64,000 nucleotides of DNA from a virus. Both the position numbers and the translations under genes were made by a program. Below, piece by piece: positions 9,500-18,473 of this stretch (positions within the stretch are counted from its first letter, which is position 1; each line of letters begins with the position of its first letter). Under the pieces are notes generated by a model. That model worked only from the letters and a program-made list of their open reading frames with translations, made no database searches and was not told where the DNA came from. The DNA lies in IMG/VR virus record IMGVR_UViG_3300027969_000046. One strand, written 5' to 3'.

Positions 9500-9531
9500 A
9501 GACCCTTACCGTAAAAAGTAAGGGTCTTTTT
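9500..9531 (+). terminator. Intrinsic terminator after the tRNA-like RNA
   Basis: AGACCCTTAC / GTAAGGGTCT 10-bp stem followed by a T-run. Confidence 0.85.
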
Positions 9532-9570
9532 ATTGCCTCAAATCTATTTTGGGTAGTGTATAATGGCTGC

Positions 9571-9753
9571 ATGATAGAAGATTACTCACACACCCTACTA
9601 GAACAGGAAGAAATGCACTTTTATTCCTGTGTTGCCGATGTTCTCCGTGCCTTTCAATGCCACGGTGCAAGTCATATCCTACATGAGGTTATGAAAAATC
9701 CTCAATTAAATCAAGAGCTTAGCGTGTTGTTTCCACGCAACACCAAGCCTTGA
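9571..9753 (+). CDS. Hypothetical protein, probably leaderless
   Basis: ATG 6 nt after TATAAT (9559-9564). Confidence 0.55.
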   Translation: MIEDYSHTLLEQEEMHFYSCVADVLRAFQCHGASHILHEVMKNPQLNQELSVLFPRNTKP

Positions 9754-9777
9754 CATTCCTCGTGGTTCGTGTATAAT
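9725..9777 (+). promoter_or_regulatory. Early promoter with upstream palindrome
   Basis: TGTTG-N8-CAACA, then TTGACA-16 nt-TATAAT(GGTTGTAT). Confidence 0.8.
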
Positions 9778-9805
9778 GGTTGTATAAATTAAGTAGAAAG
9801 ATACT

Positions 9806-12184
9806 ATGGCATTTACAGTCGAATCAAAATCCCAATTGGCAAAATTACTTGCCACAGAAAATTTAACAGTTGAGCACCAGAAGCTTAGCACGGCAAAATT
9901 TGATCCTATGAATCGTGTTTTGTATTGTCCTATCTGGAAAGATATGTCTGGCGCTTTATATGATTTGCTTATGGGTCACGAAGTTGGCCATGCACTTTAT
10001 ACTCCTGCCGATGGTTGGCATGATGCCGTTTCCTCTCTTGGTAGAAAATACAAAGGCTTCTTGAATGTTGTTGAAGATGCTCGTATTGAGAAAAAAGTTA
10101 AACGCAAATTTCCTGGTATTCGTACCTCATTTGTTAAAGGTTATCAAAACCTTTTAGAGCGTGATTTCTTTGGTATTAAAGAGCGTGATGTTAACGGAAT
10201 GTCATTTATTGACCGATTAAACATTTATACAAAATCGGCAGGTGCTATTCAAATTCTTTTTAACCATGAAGAAACAATGCTTGTTAAGCAAGTAGAAGCT
10301 TGTGAAACATGGGAAGATGTTTTACGGGTAACTAAATCTGTTTTTGATTATTCAAAGCATGAGCAATTTGAAACCATGTTACAGTCTTTGGCTTCTATGC
10401 AAGTTGACCAATTTGGTGATGGTGAAGATGGTGATGAAGATTACGATTCTGCCGATTCTGATTATGATGGCGAATCTGATATTGATGGTGATGATGGTGA
10501 TTCTTCAGAAGATGCCGATACCGATTCTGACGGCGATGCTGAAGGCGACAAAGCTGAAGCTAAAGGTAATTCAGAAAAAGACCTAGATGATTTTGAAGGT
10601 GATTATGGCGATGAAGTTGGTAATGAATTGAATCGTAATAAAGATTCTAAAGCATCCAACTTTGACCAGTTCCAACCTAGTTGTGAAACTGATGAGAATT
10701 TCCGTAAGAATGAAACTGAATTATTGTCAGCAGAATCCAAAAACTATGTTTATGGCAAAGTGCCTAAGCCTAACCTTGATGCTATCGTAACACCTGCTAA
10801 ACGGGTTCAACAAGCATTAAGTGAATATTATTTCAATAGCGATTATCGTGCTGAAAGCTTTGAAAAGCAATATACAGAAAAAGTAAAAGAATTCAAATCG
10901 AAGAATGACCGTTACATCGGTTTGTTGGCAAAAGAATTTGAAATGAAGAAAGCTGCTCGTGCTTATGCGAAGGCTAAAGTGTCCAATACTGGTGATATTG
11001 ATATCAATCGTTTATACAAATATCAGGTAGAAGATAACATCTTTAAAAAGATGATGAGAATCCCTAAGGGCAAATCTCACGGTCTGGTCTTGTTACTTGA
11101 CCGCTCAGGTTCCATGTCCCGTAATATGGCAGGTTCTATTGAACAGATTTTGGTTCTTACCATGTTCTGCCGTAAAGTGAATATTCCATTCGTTGTGTAT
11201 GGCTTTGGTGATTCTACTGATGGTCGTTTTGCTGATTATCCACAAGAACAATATAAAAAAGGTTTTACACCAGAAGCTAATGAGTTTGCATTTGAAACAG
11301 TATTTCTCCGTGAATATCTTAATTCAAAAATGAGTAATATGGATTTCAACAATTCAATCCGTAACATGATTGCTTTGCGTGATTCGTATAGTGTCGAAGC
11401 TCGTGGTCGTTATGGCATCGGTCGTCCTTCAAATGAACATCTTGGTAATACACCATTAATTCAGGCGATTGTTGCTCTTGAACCAATTACACAACAATTC
11501 CGCAAAGTGAATAACCTTGACTTGGTTAATCTGGTAATTGTTCATGATGGTGATGCTGATAATAGTAATTCAGTAATGCAAGAGCGTGATTGTTATGGTT
11601 GGGAAAATAAACCTGGCCAAAAAACGGTTCGTCCAAGTTCATTCAATCCTAAATCTGAGAATGTTTATATTAAAGACCGTGATTCTAAATTACAAGTTAA
11701 AGTAGAATCTTGTATTAATGATTCTTATTATACAGTAGAAGAAGGCTTGCGTATCGGTATTTTTGACTGGTACAAAGCAAAAACTGGTGCAAAGATTTTT
11801 GGTTTCTTTATTGCAGGTGGTACTGCTCGTGAAATGCGTGGCGGTATTACAAACAAATATATTGACAAGAATGGCAAAACAATTCGTGAGCAAGTTTATT
11901 CAGGTGATGTGAATGCTCGCTATTATCAATTAGACAAATCTGAATATGTTAAGACTATGGTCAAGAAATTGACAAGTGAAAAATTCTTGCAATCCTACAA
12001 TAAAGGTTACGATTCATTCTTTATTATGCCTGGTGGTAATGAATTGCAAATTGAAGATGATGAGTTGGTTGTAACTGGTGTGGTTACGGCAAGTAAGTTG
12101 AAAACGGCATTTATGAAAATGAATAAAAAGAAGGCAGTTAGCCGTGTGATGGTCTCTCGGTTCATTGATGGCATTGCTGCCTAA
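9806..12184 (+). CDS. HEXXH metallopeptidase-like / vWA (CobT-like) protein
   Basis: HEVGH and NVVEDARIE at the N-terminus, acidic linker, MIDAS LLDRSGSM...TP...DGDA. Confidence 0.85.
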   Translation: MAFTVESKSQLAKLLATENLTVEHQKLSTAKFDPMNRVLYCPIWKDMSGALYDLLMGHEVGHALYTPADGWHDAVSSLGRKYKGFLNVVEDARIEKKVKRKFPGIRTSFVKGYQNLLERDFFGIKERDVNGMSFIDRLNIYTKSAGAIQILFNHEETMLVKQVEACETWEDVLRVTKSVFDYSKHEQFETMLQSLASMQVDQFGDGEDGDEDYDSADSDYDGESDIDGDDGDSSEDADTDSDGDAEGDKAEAKGNSEKDLDDFEGDYGDEVGNELNRNKDSKASNFDQFQPSCETDENFRKNETELLSAESKNYVYGKVPKPNLDAIVTPAKRVQQALSEYYFNSDYRAESFEKQYTEKVKEFKSKNDRYIGLLAKEFEMKKAARAYAKAKVSNTGDIDINRLYKYQVEDNIFKKMMRIPKGKSHGLVLLLDRSGSMSRNMAGSIEQILVLTMFCRKVNIPFVVYGFGDSTDGRFADYPQEQYKKGFTPEANEFAFETVFLREYLNSKMSNMDFNNSIRNMIALRDSYSVEARGRYGIGRPSNEHLGNTPLIQAIVALEPITQQFRKVNNLDLVNLVIVHDGDADNSNSVMQERDCYGWENKPGQKTVRPSSFNPKSENVYIKDRDSKLQVKVESCINDSYYTVEEGLRIGIFDWYKAKTGAKIFGFFIAGGTAREMRGGITNKYIDKNGKTIREQVYSGDVNARYYQLDKSEYVKTMVKKLTSEKFLQSYNKGYDSFFIMPGGNELQIEDDELVVTGVVTASKLKTAFMKMNKKKAVSRVMVSRFIDGIAA

Positions 12185-12185
12185 G

Positions 12186-12237
12186 TGTTGTATAGAAACA
12201 ACAGCGGGCTTGACAAGGCCTGTGGTTGTGTTATAAT
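12186..12237 (+). promoter_or_regulatory. Early promoter with upstream palindrome
   Basis: TGTTG-N8-CAACA, then TTGACA-16 nt-TATAAT(GGTTGTAT). Confidence 0.8.
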
Positions 12238-12269
12238 GGTTGTATCTAGTGAAAAATGGAGTTTATATT

Positions 12270-13484
12270 ATGCGTAGTAATCGTGTGGAAATCAAAGAAA
12301 AATTTAATGCTATGCTACTTGCTACAGGCAAGAGCACAATCTCAAAATCAGAGATTAAACAAATTTGTAATACATTAGGCATTTCAGGTGCTCAATGGTT
12401 TACTAAAGACGAATCGAACCGTATTGGTCGTGGTCTTTATAAAGTGCCAAGTCTGGCATCATCAGCACCAGTTGCTGAAACAATTAATATGTCAGCACAG
12501 GTTATGAAAATGCCAGAAAAAAATATTGTGCCGAATGGCGGCCATCGTATTACTAATGTAATTACCGACCTTGAAACCGAGAATTTGGTTCCTGCCGTTT
12601 ATAAAAATTATGTTCCGTTTGGTAACTTTGATGACTTGCTTTCTATTATTGCAAGTAAGAAATTCTATCCTATCTTTATTACTGGTCATTCAGGTAATGG
12701 TAAAACAATGTCTGCTGAACAGGCTTGTGCTAAACTAGGTCGTAAATTCGTTTGCGTATCAATGACACCAGAAACCGATGAATCAGATTTACTTGGTAAC
12801 TTTGTGCTTATCAACGGTCAAATGGAATGGCGAGATGGCCCCGTTACTGTAGCTGCTCGTCAAGGTGCGGTACTTTGCGTTGATGAAATTGATTACGGCG
12901 CTCAGAACCTTTCCTGTTTACAGCGTGTGCTTGAAGGCAAACCATTCTTGCTCAAAAAGAAAAATGAAATGGTTGCACCTGCTGAAGGTTTCACTATCAT
13001 CGCTACTGCCAATACTAAAGGCAAAGGCTCAGATGATGGTCGTTATATGTTCACCAATGTCCTTAACGAAGCTTTCTTGGAAAGATTCTTAAACACCTAC
13101 GAACAAGATTGGCCACCAGTTACCGTTGAGCGTAAGATTATCAAAAAAGAATTATCTTATCACGGTAAAGCCGATGATGAGTTTGCTGAGAAATTGGTAA
13201 CTTGGGCTGATGTGATTCGTAAAACCTTTGTAGAAGGCGGAGTTGACGAAGTGATTTCTACTCGCCGTTTGGTGCATATCAGTAAGACTTATGGTGTATT
13301 TGGTAATCGTATGAAGGCTATTGAGTTGTGTTTGAATCGTTTTGATGATGACACCAAGATGTCTTTTCTTGACCTCTACACTAAAGTGGATGCTGGTGCA
13401 AATACAGAAACCTTGATGGCACAGACACTCGAACCTACCGAAGTGCCTGAAGAACCTAAATCAGAAGAACAACCACCGTTTTAA
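12270..13484 (+). CDS. MoxR/CobS-like AAA+ ATPase
   Basis: GHSGNGKT, LCVDEID, ATANTKG, AFLERF, ISTRRL; adjacent vWA partner. Confidence 0.9.
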   Translation: MRSNRVEIKEKFNAMLLATGKSTISKSEIKQICNTLGISGAQWFTKDESNRIGRGLYKVPSLASSAPVAETINMSAQVMKMPEKNIVPNGGHRITNVITDLETENLVPAVYKNYVPFGNFDDLLSIIASKKFYPIFITGHSGNGKTMSAEQACAKLGRKFVCVSMTPETDESDLLGNFVLINGQMEWRDGPVTVAARQGAVLCVDEIDYGAQNLSCLQRVLEGKPFLLKKKNEMVAPAEGFTIIATANTKGKGSDDGRYMFTNVLNEAFLERFLNTYEQDWPPVTVERKIIKKELSYHGKADDEFAEKLVTWADVIRKTFVEGGVDEVISTRRLVHISKTYGVFGNRMKAIELCLNRFDDDTKMSFLDLYTKVDAGANTETLMAQTLEPTEVPEEPKSEEQPPF

Positions 13485-13500
13485 TCTTCTGATTGGTAGT

Positions 13501-13527
13501 GGCCAGACTTAGGTCTGGTCTTTTTTT
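13501..13527 (+). terminator. Intrinsic terminator
   Basis: GGCCAGAC-TTAG-GTCTGGTC followed by T7. Confidence 0.85.
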
Positions 13528-13579
13528 GATTCTCGTTATATGGGAATTATTTTTAATCCTTTTTTATAGGAAATTTATT

Positions 13580-14971
13580 ATGAAACTTGCTACAAAACAA
13601 AATGCTATTACCGTTGGACTTAACAAAGAGTATCCTTTGATAAGTGATTTTATGACCACATTTAAAGATAAAGTTGGACTTGACTTATCTTTTAATCGAC
13701 TTGGTTGTTGGGAAGAAAAACAAAGAACTAAATTTGTAACTTCTTTAATTTTAGGACAAGCGCCATCCAAAATAATTGTGGCGAATGTTGAAGAATGTCT
13801 TGCTTTGTGTTTAGAAGGCACACTAGATTATGAATACTTTAAACACTGGCACGATTTAGGATTCAAATACATTGCAATTGATGGAAACAACCGAACTCAA
13901 ACAATTGAATTGTTTTTAAAAGGTAAAGTTAAACTTGAACACGGCATCTATATTTTGCCTACAGGTTCTGTTAATATCCACGCTAGTTGTGATACCTACA
14001 AAACAATGCCTAAGGTTCTTAAAGATTATATAACAGAGAACATTATGATTACTATTTGTGAGTATGTTGTAGCTACTCGAATGGGTTTATCTCGTTTGTT
14101 TACTAATATCAATGATGGCATGACATTAAATCCACAAGAATTGCGTAATGCTATTTTAGTTCCATTTGCTGATGCGGTTCGTAATATTGTAAATGACAAT
14201 ATGTCGGCATTTAGAACCATCTTCAAAGATAATGGTCGTTTAAAAATTGATGAACAAATTGTATTGATGGCAGTCTATTCAACCTTTGGTGCAGACCACG
14301 GTGTTTCAAAGAAAGATAAAGATGAAGCCTACGAAGATAATTCTGGTGTATGGATAAATTATTCTACACAAGGCGGTGAGAAACGCATTTTGGAAACATT
14401 AAAAATTATTGACAAATATACTACGAAGGCCTTTAAACAATCTTCAACACTATTAAATTTCTTTATGGTTATGGTTGAGTTGTCTAAACAGAAACGAACC
14501 ATTAAAGACAAAGAGAAATTAATGTCTTGGTTTTTGGCTACTGAAGCAGAGCGATTAGCAAATCCAGAAATTCTTGTTGAAAAGAAAAACGGCGAGTTGC
14601 GTAACTATGCCAGTTGTTGCGATGTTACAAGTGAATATACTTTGCCTGCTCGTTTGAATTTGATTCGTAAAGATATGGCAAAACTAGGCAATAACATTGT
14701 TACTGAATTGGATCCTGACCGACTGTTTACACCACAACAAAGATTCCAAATGTGGAAAAAACAAAACGGCATTTGTCCTGCCACAGGTAAAACAATCTCA
14801 CAAGATGAGATTAACAACCATGAATTGTGGAATGCCGACCATATCGTTGCTTGGGTTCTAGGCGGTGAAACAACTGTTGAGAATGGGCAACTTGTTTGTG
14901 CTAGTTACAACAAATCAAAAGGTAAAAAATCTCAGGCAGAGATGAAGAAAAAAGAGTTGATTGCCGCTTAA
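13580..14971 (+). CDS. DUF262 (ParB-like) plus C-terminal HNH nuclease, GmrSD-like architecture
   Basis: FNR..W, IDGNNR, FTNINDG..LNPQELRNA; C-terminal CPATG..ADHIVAWVLGGETTVENGQLVCASYN. Confidence 0.75.
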   Translation: MKLATKQNAITVGLNKEYPLISDFMTTFKDKVGLDLSFNRLGCWEEKQRTKFVTSLILGQAPSKIIVANVEECLALCLEGTLDYEYFKHWHDLGFKYIAIDGNNRTQTIELFLKGKVKLEHGIYILPTGSVNIHASCDTYKTMPKVLKDYITENIMITICEYVVATRMGLSRLFTNINDGMTLNPQELRNAILVPFADAVRNIVNDNMSAFRTIFKDNGRLKIDEQIVLMAVYSTFGADHGVSKKDKDEAYEDNSGVWINYSTQGGEKRILETLKIIDKYTTKAFKQSSTLLNFFMVMVELSKQKRTIKDKEKLMSWFLATEAERLANPEILVEKKNGELRNYASCCDVTSEYTLPARLNLIRKDMAKLGNNIVTELDPDRLFTPQQRFQMWKKQNGICPATGKTISQDEINNHELWNADHIVAWVLGGETTVENGQLVCASYNKSKGKKSQAEMKKKELIAA

Positions 14972-14975
14972 ATGC

Positions 14976-15004
14976 TTGACTTGTTCATCATTATCTGTTA
15001 TTAT
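14976..15004 (+). promoter_or_regulatory. sigma70 promoter
   Basis: TTGACT-17 nt-TATTAT with TG extension; predicted start site about 15011-15012. Confidence 0.65.
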
Positions 15005-15011
15005 TATACAT

Positions 15012-15058
15012 ATCTGAGGTTCGAACCACACCTTAGATTCTTATCTTGAAAGTGGTTC
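15012..15058 (+). ncRNA. Predicted H-type pseudoknot in a 5' UTR
   Basis: Stem 1: 15012-20 with 15030-38 (9 bp). Stem 2: GAACCAC 15023-29 with GTGGTTC 15052-58 (7 bp). Confidence 0.65.
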
Positions 15059-15082
15059 AATTAAATAATGGAGTTTTTAATA

Positions 15083-15355
15083 ATGTCTGCAAAGCAAAAA
15101 GTATTGTCATATTTGGCAAAAGATAGTTCCTACAACACATTGACAGCTGCTAAGATGCAATCTGTTTTCGGAATTGCAAACCCTTCAGCAACAATCAATG
15201 AGTTGCGTAATGAAGGTCACGCTATCTACTTGAATAGCCGTGTTAATGCTAATGGCGATAAGGTTTCTTTCTATCGCTTAGGCTCACCTACCAAGCGTAT
15301 CGTTGCCGCTGGTATTGCTGCTCTACGCAAGCAAGGTGAACGTGCATTTGCCTAA
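15083..15355 (+). CDS. Small winged-HTH nucleic-acid-binding protein
   Basis: LTAAKMQSVFGIANPSATINELRNEGHAI...YRLG pattern; GGAG RBS. Confidence 0.7.
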   Translation: MSAKQKVLSYLAKDSSYNTLTAAKMQSVFGIANPSATINELRNEGHAIYLNSRVNANGDKVSFYRLGSPTKRIVAAGIAALRKQGERAFA

Positions 15356-15377
15356 TATAAATTAGGTTTCACTAGAT

Positions 15378-15414
15378 GAGGAGAGATATATATAATAGTA
15401 TCTCTCCTCTTTTT
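15378..15414 (+). terminator. Intrinsic terminator
   Basis: GAGGAGAGATAT / GTATCTCTCCTC stem plus T-run. Confidence 0.8.
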
Positions 15415-15430
15415 ATTTTATGGGTATATA

Positions 15431-16246
15431 ATGGAAATCAAAGTCAACATTGAAGAATTAAAGAAAAATAAACTGTTTATTGCCACGCCCATGTATGGTG
15501 GTATGGCTCACGGTTTATATGTGAAGTCTTGCCTCGATTTACAAACAACATTTTCAAAATATGGAATTGAAACAAAGTTTTCTTTCCTGTTTAACGAATC
15601 ACTAATCACCAGAGCTCGTAACTATCTGGTCGATGAATTTCTCCGAAGCGACCACACGCATATGCTGTTTATTGATTCGGACATTCACTACTCACCTCAG
15701 GATATTATCGCATTGATGGCATTGGATAAAGATGTTATTGGTGGTCCCTATCCTAAGAAATCTATGAACTGGAATAATATTGCTCAAGCAGCAAGAAATC
15801 ATCCTGACATGGATCCAAAAGAACTTGAGAACCTAGTTGGCGATTATGTGTTCAATGTGGTTAAAGGTACAAATCAATTTCAAGTTTCAGAACCACTTGA
15901 AGTATTAGAAATTGGTACTGGTCATATGATGATTAAACGCCATGTATTTGAAAAGATGGCCGCTGAATATCCATTGATTCGTTATAAACCTGACCATGTT
16001 GGTCAAGCTAACTTTGATGGTTCACGATACATTCATGCTTACTTTGATACTGTTATTGACACAAGTGAATCAATTACTGGTGGCGGTTCAGAAAGATATC
16101 TAAGTGAAGATTATATGTTTTGTCAGATGTGGCGTAAGATGGGTGGTAAAATCTATCTGTGTCCTTGGATGAGAACTCAGCATATCGGTACATATGCGTT
16201 TACTGGTAATATGCCAGCTGTTGCTCAGTATACCGGTAAGTTATGA
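15431..16246 (+). CDS. GT-A-fold glycosyltransferase-like protein
   Basis: IATPMYGG, SLITRARN, FIDSDI (DxD), LSEDYMFC. Confidence 0.7.
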   Translation: MEIKVNIEELKKNKLFIATPMYGGMAHGLYVKSCLDLQTTFSKYGIETKFSFLFNESLITRARNYLVDEFLRSDHTHMLFIDSDIHYSPQDIIALMALDKDVIGGPYPKKSMNWNNIAQAARNHPDMDPKELENLVGDYVFNVVKGTNQFQVSEPLEVLEIGTGHMMIKRHVFEKMAAEYPLIRYKPDHVGQANFDGSRYIHAYFDTVIDTSESITGGGSERYLSEDYMFCQMWRKMGGKIYLCPWMRTQHIGTYAFTGNMPAVAQYTGKL

Positions 16247-16596
16247 CAACAACCAGAGTTGAAGCGATTGAAGATGCTATCAAAGCGTCCCAAAATGCTA
16301 CGACTGGTGGTCGCAAGTTTGATGGTGGCAAACCGCAATATGGTTTGTTACCACCACTTGCACTAAAAGCTACAGTTGACATTCTTACATTTGGTGCTGA
16401 GAAGTATGAACCTGACAATTGGAAATATGTACCAGATTCCAAGAGAAGGTATTTTGATGCCATGCAACGACACTTGTGGGCATGGAAAGAAGGTGAAGTG
16501 AATGACCTTGAATCAGGTAAACACCACTTAGCTCATGCTATGTGTTGCCTTATGTTTCTTTATGAACACGATGTCAAATATTCGCCTGACAAATAA
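16243..16596 (+). CDS. dATP/dGTP diphosphohydrolase-like protein (DUF5664)
   Basis: KFDGGKP, FGAEKY..NW, AMQRHL, ESGKHHLAHA. Confidence 0.85.
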   Translation: MTTTRVEAIEDAIKASQNATTGGRKFDGGKPQYGLLPPLALKATVDILTFGAEKYEPDNWKYVPDSKRRYFDAMQRHLWAWKEGEVNDLESGKHHLAHAMCCLMFLYEHDVKYSPDK

Positions 16597-16643
16597 GTTT
16601 AAGTGTAGTATAATGAAGTTTCAATTACAATATGGAGTATGTT

Positions 16644-17327
16644 ATGCAATTATCAAGTGATACAATTAAGGTATTAAAGAACTTTGGTGTGATTAACCAA
16701 GGCATCTTTTTCAAACAAGGCAAGGTTCTAAAGACCATGTCCTCTGGCAAGAACATTCTTGCTGAAGTAACAATCAAAGAAGAAATTCCAACCAACTTTG
16801 GCATCTATGACTTGAACAAGTTCCTGTCTGTGGTTTCTTTACATAGTGATAATCCAACTTTTGAGTTTAGTGAAAAAGAAGTTAAGATTGTTGGTAACAA
16901 AGGTCGTAGTAAAATCAAGTATCGCTTCTGCGAACCATCTATGATTAATACACCACCTGAGAAACAGTTGGCCATGCCATCACCTGAAGTATCATTCACA
17001 CTATCTGCTGAAGATTTTGCGTGGGTTATGAAGGCGTCTGGTGTTCTTGGTTCACCACAGATTGCGGTTGAATCTGATGGTTCTAAAGTAACAGTTCTTG
17101 CTTTTGATTCATCTGATAGTTCTGCTCACACCGATGCACTTGAAGTTGCTGATGGTAATGGTGATAAGTTCCGTTTCATCTTTAAGACAGAGCATCTTGC
17201 TAAGTTGTTTGATGGTGCCTATGATGTGCAAATCTCATCTAAGGGTATCTCTAACTTCAAACACAAGACAGTAGAGTTACAATATTGGATTTCTACTGAA
17301 ACTGGTTCTACATTCACAAAGGCCTAA
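16644..17327 (+). CDS. gp45: Sliding clamp gp45
   Basis: LKNFGVINQGI, FGIYDLNKFL; synteny with gp44 and gp62. Confidence 0.94.
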   Translation: MQLSSDTIKVLKNFGVINQGIFFKQGKVLKTMSSGKNILAEVTIKEEIPTNFGIYDLNKFLSVVSLHSDNPTFEFSEKEVKIVGNKGRSKIKYRFCEPSMINTPPEKQLAMPSPEVSFTLSAEDFAWVMKASGVLGSPQIAVESDGSKVTVLAFDSSDSSAHTDALEVADGNGDKFRFIFKTEHLAKLFDGAYDVQISSKGISNFKHKTVELQYWISTETGSTFTKA

Positions 17328-17328
17328 T

Positions 17329-17511
17329 ATGACAGACTTTGATTACCAAAGTTTCGATATTACAGATGAGCAGTATCTTGCGGTGTTAGAAATGGAAAAG
17401 TCAAAGCTATTGCACTTCTATTATAAACCGCAAGAAGAAGGCACAGGCCATTTCAACACAGCTGCTTCTGTTTTACAAATGCGTATTGATGAGATTAAAT
17501 CTCAAATTTGA
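17329..17511 (+). CDS. Hypothetical protein
   Basis: Fills the gp45-gp44 gap. Confidence 0.55.
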   Translation: MTDFDYQSFDITDEQYLAVLEMEKSKLLHFYYKPQEEGTGHFNTAASVLQMRIDEIKSQI

Positions 17512-17540
17512 TTTTTTATATTATATTATGAGGTATTGTG

Positions 17541-18473
17541 ATGGAACAATTATTGTGGACAGAGAAGTATCGTCCTAAAAAAATCCAAGATTGCATACTG
17601 CCTGAACGGTTGAAAACACCGTTTCAGGAGTATGTTAATCAAGGTAAGATTCCAAATCTTCTTCTAAGTGGTGGTGCTGGTGTTGGTAAGACCACAGTTG
17701 CAAAAGCCATGTGTGAAGAAATTGGATGTGATGTAATGGTTATCAATGGTTCAGATGAATCTGGTATTGATACCTTCCGTGTTAAAATCAAAAATTTTGC
17801 TTCGTCTATGTCGCTTGCTGGTGGTCGTAAGGTCATCATCATTGATGAGGCAGATTATCTAAACCCAAACTCAACACAACCTGCTTTGCGTAATGCGATT
17901 GAAGAATTTGCAAGCAACTGCTCGTTCATATTCACCTGTAACTTTAAGAATCGTATCATCGACCCACTTCATAGTCGATGTGCAGTTATTGACTTTCAAC
18001 TAAAGAGCAACGAAAAGAGCCAGATGGCCTCACAGTTCTTTAAGAGAATTCAATCGGTTTTGCAAAGTGAAAATGTAGAGTATGATGACAAGGTAATTGT
18101 TGAGTTGGTGAAGAAACACTTTCCAGATTTTCGCCGTGTGATTAATGAGTTGCAAAGATACAGCCAGTTTGGTAAGATTGATACTGGCATTTTGGCACAA
18201 ATCGTTGATGTATCAATCAATGATATCATTAAGTTTATTAGAGAGAAAGACTTTGGTTCAATTCGTAAATGGGTTGCAAGTAACGATGTGGATGCTACGA
18301 CATTTTTCCGCAAGTTGTATGATAACTTGTATGAAGCTTTAAAACCACAATCTATACCACAGGCCGTTTTGATTCTCGCTGACTATCAATACAAACAAGC
18401 GTTTGTTGCTGACCAAGAAATTAATACGGTTGCTTGTTTAACAGAGTTGATGGTAAATTGTGAATTCAAATGA
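17541..18473 (+). CDS. gp44: Clamp loader large subunit gp44
   Basis: LWTEKYRP, GAGVGKTT, IIDEAD, SRC. Confidence 0.96.
   Translation: MEQLLWTEKYRPKKIQDCILPERLKTPFQEYVNQGKIPNLLLSGGAGVGKTTVAKAMCEEIGCDVMVINGSDESGIDTFRVKIKNFASSMSLAGGRKVIIIDEADYLNPNSTQPALRNAIEEFASNCSFIFTCNFKNRIIDPLHSRCAVIDFQLKSNEKSQMASQFFKRIQSVLQSENVEYDDKVIVELVKKHFPDFRRVINELQRYSQFGKIDTGILAQIVDVSINDIIKFIREKDFGSIRKWVASNDVDATTFFRKLYDNLYEALKPQSIPQAVLILADYQYKQAFVADQEINTVACLTELMVNCEFK

Noticed and set aside
10410-10625. GAT/GGT-rich repeat-like stretch
   Set aside because: Encodes an acidic Asp/Gly linker; no fixed-period DNA repeat.
12270-13484. Cobalamin biosynthesis (cobS/cobT) auxiliary genes
   Set aside because: This MoxR/vWA pair is common in T4-like phages and there is no cobN or other cob gene.
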